Assembly: GCA_030390025.1 (NCBI GenBank)
Contig: CM059438.1
Span: 64,296,001-64,360,000, forward strand
From: Squalus acanthias
Taxonomy: Eukaryota
Length of the DNA: 64,000 bases
Direction: 5' to 3'
Position 1 is the first letter of the stretch; each line of letters opens with the position of its first letter. A model generated the notes under the pieces. It ran no database searches, was not told where the DNA came from, and was given only the letters and a program-made list of their open reading frames with translations. A program made the position numbers and the translations under genes. Below are positions 1-13,542 of the stretch, piece after piece.

Positions 1-1984
1 TTATCATTACATTAGACTCGTGAGAGAAACTGATGGCACCGTAGCCACAGGTTTAAAGATCAGTGGGAACCGGCCCATTCTCTGAAGCACTTGCCATCTT
101 AGCTCTCAACAGTCTTAAGCCAAGCACTTTGTAAAGATATTCGTTTGAAGTCTACAGGCTATGGATTGTGATCATGAGGCAGTCAGACTGTATCTGGAGT
201 GTCGGAGAGGGAGATCAGAAACTTTACAAATGACGACAGGACTGTAGATAAAAGGAAAATGGAGATCCATTGGTCAGTCCAGAGTTTGAAAAGTAACTGC
301 CACATTTTGGTATTTTTGATTTTTTTTTTCTTCATGGAAAGGATTTGGGGATTGAATTATGTTTAAGGGTTGTGCTTTAAAACAAAGTGAATTCACATAG
401 GTTTGACAAAGAGGCTGGAGGCATTGAAGAATATGAATTAAAGCCATTTTGCAGGATGTCACATCTCACGGTGTATTTTGAACAAACAGAACGAGGATCT
501 ATTGGGGTAGATTTTCAACTGGCTGCCCGGGCATAAAACTGGCGTTGCGGATTGGCCACCCATTTTAGAAACTGCCAGATGGGTAATCCCATTTCCTGGG
601 TGAAAATTTGAAAATCTATCCCATCGTCTCATCCCGGGCCTATTAGTGAGGATAAATGGGGACATCATGCATTTTGTCATTTTGTGTCAGGTGGGCAGCA
701 AATATTCCCCCCCCACCCCACATTGTGTTCAGGATGATCCGATTTGTTTGGGGATGGCATGAGGAGGCTACGGGCGGTATGGTCCTGGGAGAGGAGCCAG
801 TTGGGCTGATTGACAGGCCTGCTGTTGAATCCCTGCACATGGAACTATCAAACATACCACCCCTCTGCTTCCTGGAGTCAGAGCTAACAGAAAAGAAGAG
901 ACAATCCATGTACTCATGTTTTTGAACACACTTTAGGCTTACCTGGATTTTGACAGGATATTATGGAATAATCATGGTTGAATTGGCAGAAGATGGTATG
1001 TCAGACAACAGAAGTGCTCTACCACCTTGCTCTGTTTCAAGAATATCTCTATACCCAATTATTTTACAAAATGGTGGCTGTTGATGGTCCAATACCATGA
1101 TCCAAGTCCAAGAGGGTGCAATTATTTCGGTTCAACACATCGCACTAATGTATTTTTATAGTCAGTGAGATATATATAAAAAATTTATTGTTTCACCCCC
1201 AGACAGAAGCCGCTCACGAGCCAATCACTCAGAAAGCAGAGGAGTTGTACTTATAAAGATATTCAAAAAATAGAGGCATGCGAGTACAATGAGCCAACCA
1301 GACTGTAAATCCCTCGTTTCCAAATGCGCACCATAATTCTTAAAAAAAAAGGAAGAAAATGTTGTTTCAGTATTTCAGTTCAGTTCAGATCTACGTCCAA
1401 TTGCAGCAATTATGGACTACTTTGTTAGCTGGTTGGCTGGCTGCCATGTCCAATGCATGCATCCCCCAAGAATTTTATCTCCTTATTTTGCAACTGTTAG
1501 TCAATTAGTTTGGTTATAATTGTTTGGCAAAGAGCCTGGAATCTGGCACTCCCAAGTTGTTCATCTTATATTGTGGTTTTGTGCTAGTAATTGGGACGCA
1601 CACAATAATGAAGTTAGCGTTCCCAGGGTGGTGCTGGATGAGGTGACTGTGTGCGTGCGTGGACTAATCATTCCATCTGTGTCGATGGATTTAGGCCCTC
1701 AGTTATTTACTACTGTGTCATCCTGTGATTGAATTCAAGGTTCAAGCTTGGATTAATCCAGCTGTTCCCAAGATCCCCGAGTTATTTTGTTTATTGCTTA
1801 AATTCTGATTTATTTCCAATTTGCACAAGCCTTATGCCATCGTGTGAGATGACCTCCAGTAACTCGAAGCATCATGCAAAAACTTAAGTTGCAAAGATTT
1901 GCCAGTTTAAAATTAAATATTGTAGCACCATCCTGTTAGCGGACATTCAACTAACAAGCCGCCATTTATTTTCTCCTCCAGTCT

Positions 1985-2330
1985 TCTCCCTTCTCCTGAA
2001 GGTATCGGCTCCCTCACTGGGGTATGGCTCCAAGGGTGGCAGTCATCCTCCAGTACCTTGCCCAAATAGCCACTGTATATGTTTGAATATTCAGAATAGA
2101 TGCGGGTGGCTTCTCCAATTGTGGAGGACATCACAACTGATCCTGATCCTGCTCTCAGCCAGTGCCACACATGTAGACTCCCAGCAGGGGTAAGAAGTGG
2201 GAATCATGGTTTATTCTCCCTTTAAGGCCCGTGGACAAGTATGGGTGCCTGTGTGGCTCTCCTGGCTGAGATCAGCTAACTCAGCACAGACTGGGGTTCG
2301 AACCTGGGACCTTCCTGGTCTGCATCGTTC
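1985..2330 (-). mobile_element. Old tRNA-derived SINE of a second family (possible relative at ~35330..35540, plus strand)
   Basis: Minus-strand B-box-like CCCAGGTTCGAACCCCAGTCTGTGCTGAGTTAGCTGATCTCAGCC. Confidence 0.5.
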
Positions 2331-3959
2331 AAGAGTTAGAAAACTACTCTAATAATCAAGTGATGGCTAGCGGTCCAAAATAAAAACACGCTGTTGCTGT
2401 AGATACCCAAATTGGGTCCCAAAGGAAATGAAAATTGGGCGGATTCCATAATGGCCAGCAAATATTCCCGCCTCCCCGGCCCCCCCCCCCATTGTGTTCA
2501 GGATGATCCTATTCGTTTGGGAATGGCATGAGGAGTCTATGAGTGGAATAGTCCTGGGAGTGGAGGTAGTTGGTCTGATTGACAGGCCTGCTGTTGAATC
2601 CTGCACGTGAAGGTATCAGACATACCACTCCTCTGCTTCCTGGAGTCAGAGTTAACAGAAAAGAAGAGACAACTCATGTACGGGGTGAGGCAGGCAATCT
2701 GCCGGTTTACTGCCCAAGTGATGAGGTTGAAAATCACCTCCTACGTGTGCGATGCAATAGGAGATTGACTAATTATATAAAATTAATAAGGGCAGGATGT
2801 ATGGCTTTCAAATGAGGACTGCATTATGTCTGCACACCCTGTTCAATAAACCACCCCTGCCCTCTAACTCTGCTTCACTTGCACACTACTTTCCATCTTG
2901 ACTCCCTCTGCGCAGCACCATGGGAGATTGATGAGTTCTATAACAATAAATAAGGACAGAATGTATGACTTTCAATTGGGGGCTGAGTTACATCTGCACA
3001 TTTACCCTGAAGACTATGCCTGGTCTTCACTCCACATGTGCGACGCCACAGGAGGTTGACTAGTCTTCTAATATGAATACTTAAATAGAATAATGCATCT
3101 GTGGAAACATACTAAAAACTGTCTGCCAATAATAATTGAGGAGGCTGAAACTCTTCCCCTAACGTGTTTCTATTTACAGGATATCATGAGGTAAAACTTG
3201 TGTTTCTAAGTAACATTAGTAAACCTTTTAACACTGGATGCTCACCTGCACGATCGAGGAACAAAAACTGTGTAATTGTCCTTGTCTAACCATTTATCCA
3301 AAGAGGCCACAGGTTTTCAATACTTTGACAGACTGTAAGCTGGCATTGTGTAACGAGTAATACTATCCATGTACTGTGCTGGCTCTGATGACTGTTGACG
3401 TACAATGATCCTATGTTTTTCATTTCAGTTGACTGCAATGTGCACCCCAAGTTTCAGAAAGGACTTCTGAAAGCTCACACAGTATGTGCGAGACTTGAGG
3501 TGCTATTCTATGATTAATAGAATGGAGGTGTGGCAAAAATTAAGCAGTTGTATCTTGTTTTAGAAAAGCGCAATACTGCGGATGTTGGAAATCTGAAATA
3601 AAAGTAGAAAATGCTGGAAATACCCAGCAGGTCGGGCAGCATCTGTGGAGAGAGAAACAGAGTTAACGGCCGGAATTTTTACCTTCGAGACGGGTTGCAT
3701 GGGTGCGGGCCGCGTAGCGGGTCAGGAGCCCAAAGATGTGAGCAGCGCGTTCTCCTCTGTGACTTTTAGTTAATGGCCCCTATTAAACTAGTCATGCGCG
3801 TTGGCCAGCCCTATTAAATGGTGCGGGTCTGCTGACGTCATCAATGACTCATTTCCAGTGGGGATATTTAAAGCAGCCTTGGCCACATCGCATTTGAAGG
3901 TTGATGTAGGTGTGTGGAGGGAGTATTGGAGAGGATTGAGTTATTGCTGCAAGTTATAA

Positions 3960-5813
3960 AAATTAGTTCCCCAATACTGCACCCCACTTTTCGGATGCCT
4001 TGCTACATATTCTGGTGGAGGGAGTCACAGCACACAGGGAGGTCCTCTTCCCTGCTGATAGGCGGAAGATACATCCCCAAGAGACCAGAAGAGCATGGCT
4101 CGAAATTGCTGAGGAGGTCAACAGCAGGGATGTATTCAGGAGGACATGGGTACAGTGCAGGAAGGGATTTAATGATCTGCTGAGATCAGGAAAGATGAGG
4201 GCAAAGCCACACTCAACTTCATCCTGCTGTGCCTGTCACCGCATCCCCATCACTCTGCCTTCCCAAGCCTACTCCTGCACTTCATTACTCACACCAAATA
4301 CCTTCCAGGTCCACCCATCCCTCTCTCTCTATGTACAAACTCACATCCCCATCTGACTAACCACCCCTCACACTCACCCTCATCCTAATGCAATCATAGC
4401 AAGTAACACCACAGAAGGAGGCCATTTGCCATTGGCACCCCACTCCCTCATAGTCACCCTCTACAGATGTTACCCATACATTCCTTACACTCATTCCATC
4501 ACTCTCACTCAAACATCTCTTCTTTCTCTCCTTGCAGAAGAAGAGAGCCCACAATAACAGGGAGAGACAGAAAACCGGAGGTGGCCCTCCACACTTCAGT
4601 AATTTGACTCCAGCAGAGGAGGTGGCCCTGGAGTTGCAGAGCTGCTGGTGGTGGGAGATGGAGAGATGGGGACTGCTCAGTGACCTGGTGACAGAATTAC
4701 ATCTCATACAGCTACATGGCATACAGCAGTCACTCATATGGTGACTGACGTCAGCAGCCAGTGAATGTTCATCATGTGCATAATGGTACCGTTACCCATT
4801 CTTAACATTTCTAAATCATCTCTTTACTCTCCCACAGATCCATCAAGAGCCCCCCGCCCCCCCTGGCATTGTCCAGCAGGAGGAAGAAGACGACTCCTAA
4901 GATGAGCCTCCAGCCTCTGAGGGTGCACCATCACCAGACCTATGCGCACCCAGCACCAGCGCAGATACGCACACCTCGGTGGGTCCTGTGCGAGATAGAG
5001 TAGTGTTGTCACCTGGTATCTCACACTTCACACATGAGCAAGAGCAGATGGTGTTGACAGGGACAGCAGTGGAAACTCCTCGCCGGAGGGCGCAGGACAC
5101 TCCCAGCTCTGCTCAGCCGCATGCAGACACTGAGCCTTGGGGGCCATCCAGAAAGATGTGATCCTGGGGGGCAAGAAATGCTGGAGGCTTTGGCAGGTTT
5201 TGGAGCCATGATGTCTGCAAATGTGCAGAGAATGGAGGAGTCCATCTCCAACATGAGCAGCACCATGTCGCAGGTGATGGCGACGATGTGCTCTTCCATG
5301 GAAAGGATGGCCACCTGCATGGAGCAGCTAATGCGCCAGTCACATGAGCACATGCTAGCTGTGGACATCAGATGGCAGGCGCTCATAGACCTCCTCTCTA
5401 GGAGGGATATAAATGTAGACTTGGGCCCTCATGACCCCACTGCTGTGCAGCAAGGGACTCACCAGACCCTTGCTAGCAGGGAAGTGTGGGTGGTCCACAA
5501 GAGGGATGAAGGTGAGCGGGGACATGGAAGTGGGGGCTCCACTCAAAGCGCTCACACTTCTCCCCCATTGCCTCCCCCTCAGTCAGAGCCCCACATGCTT
5601 CCTTGGATCGCGATGGCTGAATATGCCCCTGCACTGTTGCAGGAGAAGCTGTCTTCTGCGGGGCCCTCACAGGCTCCAAAACCCAGAGGACGTCCACCAA
5701 AAGTGTCGACGCAGTTGCAGCAGGGAAGTGAGCAGGCTGCCTCTACCTCTGCTGGAGCCATAGGGGTTGCACCTCGTAGAAGCATGCGTAAAAGAAAAAT
5801 TCCACAATCCTAA
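3960..5813 (+). pseudogene. Harbinger Myb/SANT-like DNA-binding protein (spliced, about 3 exons, degenerate)
   Basis: HILVEGVTAHREVLF...AWLEIAEEVN...RTWVQCRKGFNDL motif; acceptors TTGCAG| at ~4537 and CCACAG| at ~4837; KKRAHNNRERQKTGGG exon; basic C-terminus RRSMRKRK. Confidence 0.8.
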
Positions 5814-6109
5814 ATGCACAAGAGTTATGCACATGGGTGTGTAAAGAAGTATTATTGTGAAGGTTCTGTTACTGTTTTCACACATGTAAATATATTTATT
5901 TTCAGCACTTTCTGGTCATGCCCATTTTTGTCTGCTACCTTGGAAGAGGCTTTGTGAGTTGGAGTGAATGGTGAGACATAACGTAACCTCCAGCAATGGA
6001 GGTTTGTGTGAAGGGAATGGCTTGGTCATTGTAAGGATGCTTTATGGTGTTGTTTAGGTGGGGGGGCGGAACTTGGTACAGCATGTGGCAGCCATATGGG
6101 TGCATTGCA

Positions 6110-7354
6110 GGAAGTTAAGTAAATCTGGCCATGATGAGGCCATCCCTGGCCTCCGGGCAGCAATGTGCTCCACTGGTGCTGCCATCTGGACCTCAGGTTT
6201 CTCCTGCTCCTCCTCCTCCTCATCTACCAGCTGTTGTTCCACCTCCTCCTCCCCTGAAGAGGCTCTGGGATGTGCTCCTTACTCCTCATGCAGCTCTAAT
6301 CCTCACTGCTGCGCAATGTCGTGCAGGGCGCCACATACGACGACAATTCTGGAGACCCTAGCTGATGTGTACTGAAGGGCTCCTCCAGATCTGTCAAGGC
6401 ATCTGAAGCGCATCTTCAGCATGTCTTTTGTTTGCTCTGTGACACATCTGGTGGACATGTGGTTTTCATTATAACACTCCTCGACCTCATTGCTTGGCCT
6501 CATCAAGGTTGTCAGGAGCCACATTTTTAGTGGATAGCCCTTGTCTCCAAGGAGCCAGCTGGTAAATGTGTTTGGCGCTGTGAACAGCTGAGGGAGGGTG
6601 GACTGGCGCAGCATGAAAGTGACATGACAGCTGCCAGGGAATCTGACGCACACATGCATGATGATCTTCCTATTGTTGCAGACCAGCTGCACATTAAGGG
6701 AGTGGAAGCCCTTGCAGTTCACAAACACTCCTGGGTAATGTGGGGACGCCCTCAAGGCAACATGTGTGCAGTCGATGATGTCCTGCACCCATGGGACACC
6801 AGCCAGAGCGGCAAAGCTGAGCGCCCGCTCAGTAACACTGGCTTCATCAGTGGCAAAGTTGATATAATTGGCTTCCTTGCTAAACATGGCATCATTGACC
6901 TGTGTGAGGTATCTGTGGGCGGCCGACTGCGAGATGCCGCAAATGTCTGCTGCAGATCCCTGGAAGGAGCCTGAGGTGAAGAAGTTGAGGGTGGTGGTGA
7001 CTTTGACAACCGCTGGTAAGGAGTGTCTACCAGGTCCTCTAGGCTGCAGGTCTTGCTCTAACAAGCTGCAAAGGTCTGCGATGACTTGGCGCGATAGCCT
7101 GAGCCTCCTTTGGCACTGCTGCACAGTCATGTTGAGGAAGCTCATCCTCTGCCTGTATACCCTGTGTTGGGGGTATCGCCTCCGGCGGGTGCAGCCCTGT
7201 GCTGATGCCCTCTGTCCTGTGCAGCATCAGGTGGTTGAGGAGAAGGTTGGTGGTGTTATTGCTGCTGCTGCTGGTGTGCCTGGTGCTGCTGGTGCTGGGG
7301 CTCATCGTGGTCCAATTCTGAGGACCAAGGTGAGACAGTATAAAAGGCACCCAT
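6110..7354 (-). pseudogene. Harbinger (HARBI1-like) DDE transposase, degenerate
   Basis: ORF 6303..7145 with [27 protein letters not shown](D>V), [11 protein letters not shown]...LKMRFRCL; premature stops and a frameshift flank the ORF; acidic tail. Confidence 0.9.
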
Positions 7355-8673
7355 GCTGATGGAATAGATGGCAGGCCAAGTAGAGATCAGAGGACCAATC
7401 TGTCAATGTGTGATACTGACTAGCAATGTGGTGAGAGTGGCTTCCAAGGTTGCAGAAAAGACTTGCAAACTCAAGACACCTAAATCTGTGCTCGAAATGG
7501 AGTCAGCAAGAGCCTTTCACTTAGGAAATAATGAGGCGTAATGTGGGTGTATTTATGTGGATTTCCATGCTCTCCATTAATGACCTCACACAATAGCCAC
7601 TGAGTTTCCGCCTCACGTTGACAGACGAGGTTCCCGAGCTGCGTGATTGACTGTGGTCATCCAGTAAAAATCAAAAGCTCCTGTTAAGGTTCTCACAACA
7701 AGCAGTTAATGACTTCAATTAGGTCGCCCGCCTCTGCCGTTCGGGTCCGTGGCGTGCTAGGAAACGTGCAGCAGTTAAATGCGCAAGGTAGCGGGATGAC
7801 GGCGGGTTCCCGACACGCTCACAAGTTCGGCTATTTTTACTGCCGACCCGCCCCCCAAACCCACACGCCTGGCAGCGGGAAATTCCGGCCGACGTTTCAG
7901 GTCAATGACCTTTCGTTCTGACAAAAGGCCATCGACCTGAAACGTTAACTCTGTTTCTCTCTCTCCACAGATGCTGCCTGACCTGCTGAGTATTTCCAGC
8001 ATTTTCTGTTTTTATTTCGATCTTGTTTTAGTTGCGTAGAGGTGCATCTAATTCAGTCATTCACATAAGGAGTTAAAAATAAAATCCACCCACAGTCAGA
8101 ATATTATTCCAAGTCTGACTCGAAACACAATATAACAAGCTTTGCAAAGCTTGAGGGAGCAGCTCAGCTAACTTTCGTACAAATAGAGTTGGTGTGAGTT
8201 TACATGACAGTCAGTTATTTATGAATGCGACCAATTAGTTATTCTAATTCAGAAACTCCCGGTAACTGTTTTTGGAGATACTTAAGGAGATGTTTGAGGT
8301 CACACAGCACCAAACCAGAGGGGCCGATCAACTTTAAAGCAAGGAGCGAGGGGTGTAACTGTCAACTTTACCCCTAATGATATGTAAATGAATCAAGAAA
8401 TCATATCTATTCATTAGAATAAAGAGTAGTTCAGAAATAGCAGGTGTATACTATAGTCCACCAAATAGTGTGAAAGAGATAGAGCGCCAAATTTAGATGG
8501 AAATTTCAGAAAATGCAAGAACTATAAAGTAGTGATAATGGGGAACTTCAATTATCCGAATATAGTTTGGGAAAATAACAGTGTTCAAGCAAAAGAGGGG
8601 GAGGAATTCATGAAATGTGTACAAGAGAACATTCTTGAACAGTAAGTCTCCAGCCCAACAAGGAAGGAAGCAG

Positions 8674-9027
8674 AAACAACAACAGAAAACGCTGGAAAAT
8701 CTCAGCAGGCCAGGCAACATCCGTGGAGAGAGAAACAGAGTTAACGTTTCAGGTCGAAACCCTTCGTCAGAACTGAGAAAAAAGCAGGAAATGAAACAGA
8801 TAAAAAAGCAAGTGGGAGGCTGGGGGGAGGAATAAAAGAACAAAAGGGGTGGTCTATGGTAAGTAGAGACATTAAGAGATGCTCAAGGCAAGACGAGATG
8901 GTTATAGGACAGGTTAAGAAACAAAAGGTGGCTCAGAAGTGTGAAGTGTGAAATGCCGGCAGAATAAGAGACAGCTGCCGTGGGGGAGAGAGAGAAAAAA
9001 AAAGGGAAAAGGCACAAACCACAAGGC
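8674..9027 (-). mobile_element. Penelope-like element fragment inserted in CR1
   Basis: 16-bp TSD ACAAGGAAGGAAGCAG / ACAAGGAAAGAAGCAG (8658..8673, 9028..9043); hammerhead motif inside. Confidence 0.7.
8739..8774 (-). ncRNA. Minimal type I hammerhead ribozyme motif
   Basis: Minus strand reads AGTT-CTGACGA-AGG gtttcga CCT-GAAA-CGT-T-AACT (stem I, core, stem II, palindromic stem III). Confidence 0.6.
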
Positions 9028-11364
9028 ACAAGGAAAGAAGCAGTGCTGGTTCTGGTTCTGGGGAATAAAGTGCGGCAAGTGGAGTATATTTCAGTGAGGG
9101 AGCATTTGGGAAACAGTGATCACAATATCATTTGTTTTAGAGTAGCTGTGAAAAAGGACAAGGAACTACCAAAGGTGAAAATACTCAACTGGAGGAGGGC
9201 TAATTTTAGTGAGTTGAAAGGGGATTTGGTCCAGGTGGATTGGAATCAAAGATTGGCAGGTAAAACAGTAACTGAGCAATGGGAGGCCTTCAAAGAGGAG
9301 GTAGTCCGGGTACAGACTAGGCACATTCCCACAAGGGTGAAAGGAAGGGCATCCAAAGCTAGTGCTCCCTGGATGACTAAAGATATCAGAAAAAGGAGGC
9401 TTATGACAAATATAAGGTTCATAATTCAGTGGAGAACCAAGCTGAATACAGAAAGTACAGAGAACTGAAAAAGGAAATAAGTGGGGCAAAGAGAGTGTAT
9501 GAGAATAGATTAGTGGGTATCAAAAAAGGGAACCCAAAAGTCTTTTATAAACATATACATAATAAAAAGGTAGTCAAAGGAAGGGTGGGGCCGATTAGGG
9601 ACCAAAAAATGGATCTTCTTGTGGAGGCAGATGGCATGGTTGAGGTACTAAATGAGTACTTTGCACCTGTCTTCACTAAATAAGAGGATGTTGCCAATGT
9701 CACAGTAAAGGAGGAGGTAGTAGAGAAATTGGATAGGATAAAAATAGATGAAGAGGAGGTACTTAAAAGGTTGGTCGCACTCAAAGTAGAAAAGTCACCC
9801 GGTCCAGATGCATCCTAGGCTGCTGAGGGAAGCAAAAGTGGAGATAACAGAGGCTCTGGCCACAATCTTCCAATCTTCTTTAGATATGGGAGTGGTGTCA
9901 GAGACCTGGAGGATTGCAAATGTTATGCCCATGTTCCAAAAAGGGGAGAGGCCAGGTCTGTGTTGGGAAACTTTTAGAGACAATAATCCAAGACACAATT
10001 AATTGTCACTTGGAAACATATGGGTTAATAAATGAAAGCCAGCACTGATTTGTTAAAGGCAAATCATGTTTGACTAACTTGATTGAGTTATTTGATGAAG
10101 TAACGGAGAGGGCTGATGAGGGTAGTGCGGTCGATGTTCTGTGTATGAACTTTCAAAAGGCGTTTGATAGATTACCACAAAATAGACTTGTTAGCAAAAT
10201 TGAAGCCCATGGGATTAAAGGGACAGTGGCAGCGTGGATACGAAATTGGCAAAGTGACAGAAAGCAGAGAGTGGTGGTGAACAGTTGTTTTTCAGACTGG
10301 AGGGAGGTATACAGTGGTGTCCCCTAGGGATCGGTGTTAGGACCACTGCTCTTTTTGATATATATTAACGGCTTGGACTTGGGTATACAGGGCATAAATT
10401 CAAAGTTTGCAGATGACACAAAACTTGGAAATGTAGTAAACAGTGAGGAGGATAGTAACAGACTTCAGGAGGACATAGACAGACTGGTGAAATGGGCAGA
10501 CTCATGGCAGATACAATTTAACACTGAAAAGTGTGAAGTGATGCACTTTGGTAGGAAGAATGAGGAGAGGCTTCGAAATGGTATCAATTTTAAAGGGGGT
10601 GCAGGAACAGAGAGACCTGGGGGTGTATGTACACAAATCTTTGAAGGTGGCAGGACAAGTTGAGAATGCTGTTTAAAAATATCCAGGAACCTTGGCTTTA
10701 TAAACAGAGGTATAGAGTACAAAGTAAGGAAGTTATGCTAAACCTTTATACATCACTGGTTAGGCCCCAGCTGGAGTATTGTGGCCAATTCTGAGCACCA
10801 TACTTTAGGAAGGATGTCAAGGCCATGGAGAGGGGTCAAAAGAGATTTGCTAGAATGGTACCGGAGTTGCAGGACTTCAGTTACATAAAGTGACTGGAGA
10901 AACTGGGGTTGTTCTCCTTAGAGCAGAGAAGGTTAAGGGGAGATTTAATGGAGGTGCTCAAATCATGAATATTTTTGATAGAGTAAATAAGGGTAAACTG
11001 TTTATTGTGGCAGGAGAATTGGTAACCAGAAAATACAGATTTAAGGTAATTGGCAAAAGAACCATAAGGGAGATGAGGAGAATTTATTTTTATGCAGCGA
11101 GTTGTTATGATCTGGAATGCACTGCCTGAAAGGGTGGTGGAAGCTGATTCAATAATAACTTTCAACATGGAATTGGATAAATACTAAGGGGGAAAATGTG
11201 CAGGGCTGTGGGGAAAGGACAAGGTATGGTACTAATTGGATCGCTCTTTCCAAGAGCCGGCACAGGCACAATGGGTCAAAATGCCTCCTTCTGTGCTGTA
11301 TCATTCTATGATTCATGTATTGATGACCTGAAAGAATGGCGATATCAGCTGGTAGCCAAATGAA

Positions 11365-13097
11365 GGCTGCGATTTTCCCTACCTCGGCGGGTTCGTGGCG
11401 GGTGATGTTGGTGGCGGGTCGCGGCCTCGCCATTGGCTCCATCCCGGCCTCCGACATGACTTTCTCCTGATTGGGCTTGTTAAGCCCGCCCGGTGAGTTT
11501 CCCGGCCAATTGAAGAAAGCAGGTCTGATGACGTCATTTGATGACGCGTCATCAGCCGGTTTCCTTAAAGGGACCATGCACAAATTTACTTTGACATTTG
11601 TGCTGTCAGTGTTCTATAGCATCGAGGTGCTGTAAACACTGAGAAGCACTGCACAGAGGTACACAGCTGCACCCAGGCTCTCCCATGACTCCCTCCATAA
11701 GCATATGGAGGGAGTCACAGCACACAGGGAGGTGCTCTTCCCTTCCAATGGGCGAAAGACACCTCCCCAGGAGACCAACACAGCCTGGTTGCACATTGTA
11801 CATGAAGACACAAGCAGGGATGTCGTCAGGTGGACCAGGCTGCAGTGGTGCAAACCTTTCAATGATCTGAGTAGATCACGAAACGTTACTGCAAAGCCAC
11901 ATTCAACCTCATCCTGCTGTGCCACTCATCACATCGCCATCACTCTGCCTTCCCTACCCTACTCCTGCGCACCCTTACTCACACCAACTTACCTTGCACC
12001 TCCACCCATCCCCCTCTATCTACATTATCACTTCCCCATCTCACTAGCCACACCTCACACTCACCCTCATCCTTGTCCAATCATACCAACTAACAACACA
12101 CAAGGGTAGGCACTTGTGTGTTTTAGCCAATGCTCATGTGAAGTTTCTGTTAACGTACTGTCAAACATTGAAATCTTTATTTTCAACACTGCGCTCTTGG
12201 ACAGATTTGTGTGCACCTTTGGAACTGACTTAGTGAGTTGCAGTGAATGGTAAGACATAACGGTACCCCCCGCAATGCTGACGAGTGTGAAAGGAATGGC
12301 TTGGGCATTGTAGGGATGTTTTATGGTGCTGGTGTGGGGTGGTGCCAACCTGGCGCATCATGTGGCAGCCAGCGTCATGAAGTAACTCTGGCCATGGTGA
12401 GGCCATCGCTGGCATCCCGGGCAGCAATGTGGTTGGGTGCTGATGTCCTCTGTCCTGTGCAGCATCAGGTAATTGCGGAGAAGGTTGGTGTGGTTGTTGG
12501 TGCTGCTGGTGTTTCTGGTGATGTTGGTGTTGGGGCTGATCGTGGTCAGATTCTGAGGACCAAGGTGAGAGAGTATAAAGTGCACCCATGCTGATGGAAT
12601 AGATGGCAGGTGAAGTAGAGATGACAGAAGCGATGGTGAGAGAGGTAATGAGGTCAGACTGGATGGAGACCTGTGTAAAGACTTGCAGCATCCTGAATCT
12701 GTAGTGGAAATGCAGTTTAGAGAAGCTAGTGGTTAAGGGAACGTTTCTCACTTGATATTTGAAGCTGTCAACTCATCAGCTGATTCAATGGCGCGTGACC
12801 TCCCGCCTCAGCTTCACAGACGAGATCTAGGCACAGTGGGGAACCAGTGGGTGACCTGTCCAATTCAAAAAGCTGCGGGAAAAAAGCATTGTTAAGTGGC
12901 TGTAAACAAGCCACTAATGATTTGAATTGGGTCCCCACCGCTGCCTGTCAGGTCTGTTCGGCGTTGGCCGACCCGACATCGGGAAATGCAGGTGTGCGCC
13001 TTTTGACAGCGGGTTTCCGATCCGCTGTCAATCATTTGACATTTCACAGCTGACCCGCCGCCCATCCTGTCCGCTGAGTGTCGGCAAGATTGCGACC
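11365..13097. mobile_element. Non-autonomous Harbinger deletion derivative
   Basis: Imperfect TIRs GGCTGCGATTTT / AAGATTGCGACC; GAA TSD; remnants of Myb exon 1 (~11650..11885) and of the transposase ends (~12300..12590) homologous to the 3668..7890 element. Confidence 0.85.
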
Positions 13098-13542
13098 GAA
13101 GACCCAGTAAAACTATCAAAGTTTTAAGCTTGCTGCCTTTTATAAGGAGGAGGCTTTGCAGCAAAATCCACATAAAGGAAACAGCAATAATATTTAATTG
13201 CAGTCAAGAAACAGCAGCGGATGATATATCTGAAGAAACTGAATTGCTTGAACAAACTAAATATAATTACATTGCGCACTCCTTGATGTTTAGCACTTTG
13301 CTGTATTCCGTATAATCGGCAATAAGAACATTTATTTTTGCAAGTCATGTCAAAATTCTTTTGACTTCTTGATTAAGCTAAACAGACAGGATATGAGGTC
13401 CTTGGGATGTAAACAGCTTTTGCTTTTCTTAAAGTAACAGTTACCATGGGAATAATTTGGAACATTCAATTTTTTAATCTTCCAAATCTGATAAACGGCT
13501 AGTGACCAAATAAATCTGCGAAAAATATGTTTTGCACAAGTA

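Larger units (their letters stand above)
3668..7890. mobile_element. PIF/Harbinger DNA transposon, full-length but degenerate
   Basis: 11-bp TIRs GGCCGGAATTT / AAATTCCGGCC; 3-bp TSD AAC/GAC (one mismatch); convergent Myb/SANT-like and DDE transposase genes. Confidence 0.92.
3563..8019. mobile_element. Penelope-like inverted pseudo-LTR fragment, split by the Harbinger
   Basis: 3595..3667 is the inverted complement of ~7940..8019; degenerate hammerhead-like core at ~7917..7950. Confidence 0.65.
8390..11315 (+). mobile_element. CR1 LINE ORF2 (APE + RT) remnant with 3' UTR
   Basis: HLGNSDHNII, DKSPGPD-like, FQKAFD, GVP*GSVLGPLLF, KFADDTKL motifs across frameshifted ORFs. Confidence 0.92.

Noticed and set aside
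6303..7145. Domesticated host HARBI1 gene
   Set aside because: It lies inside TIRs with a TSD, has premature stops and a frameshift, and has lost a conserved Asp, so it is a decayed transposon.
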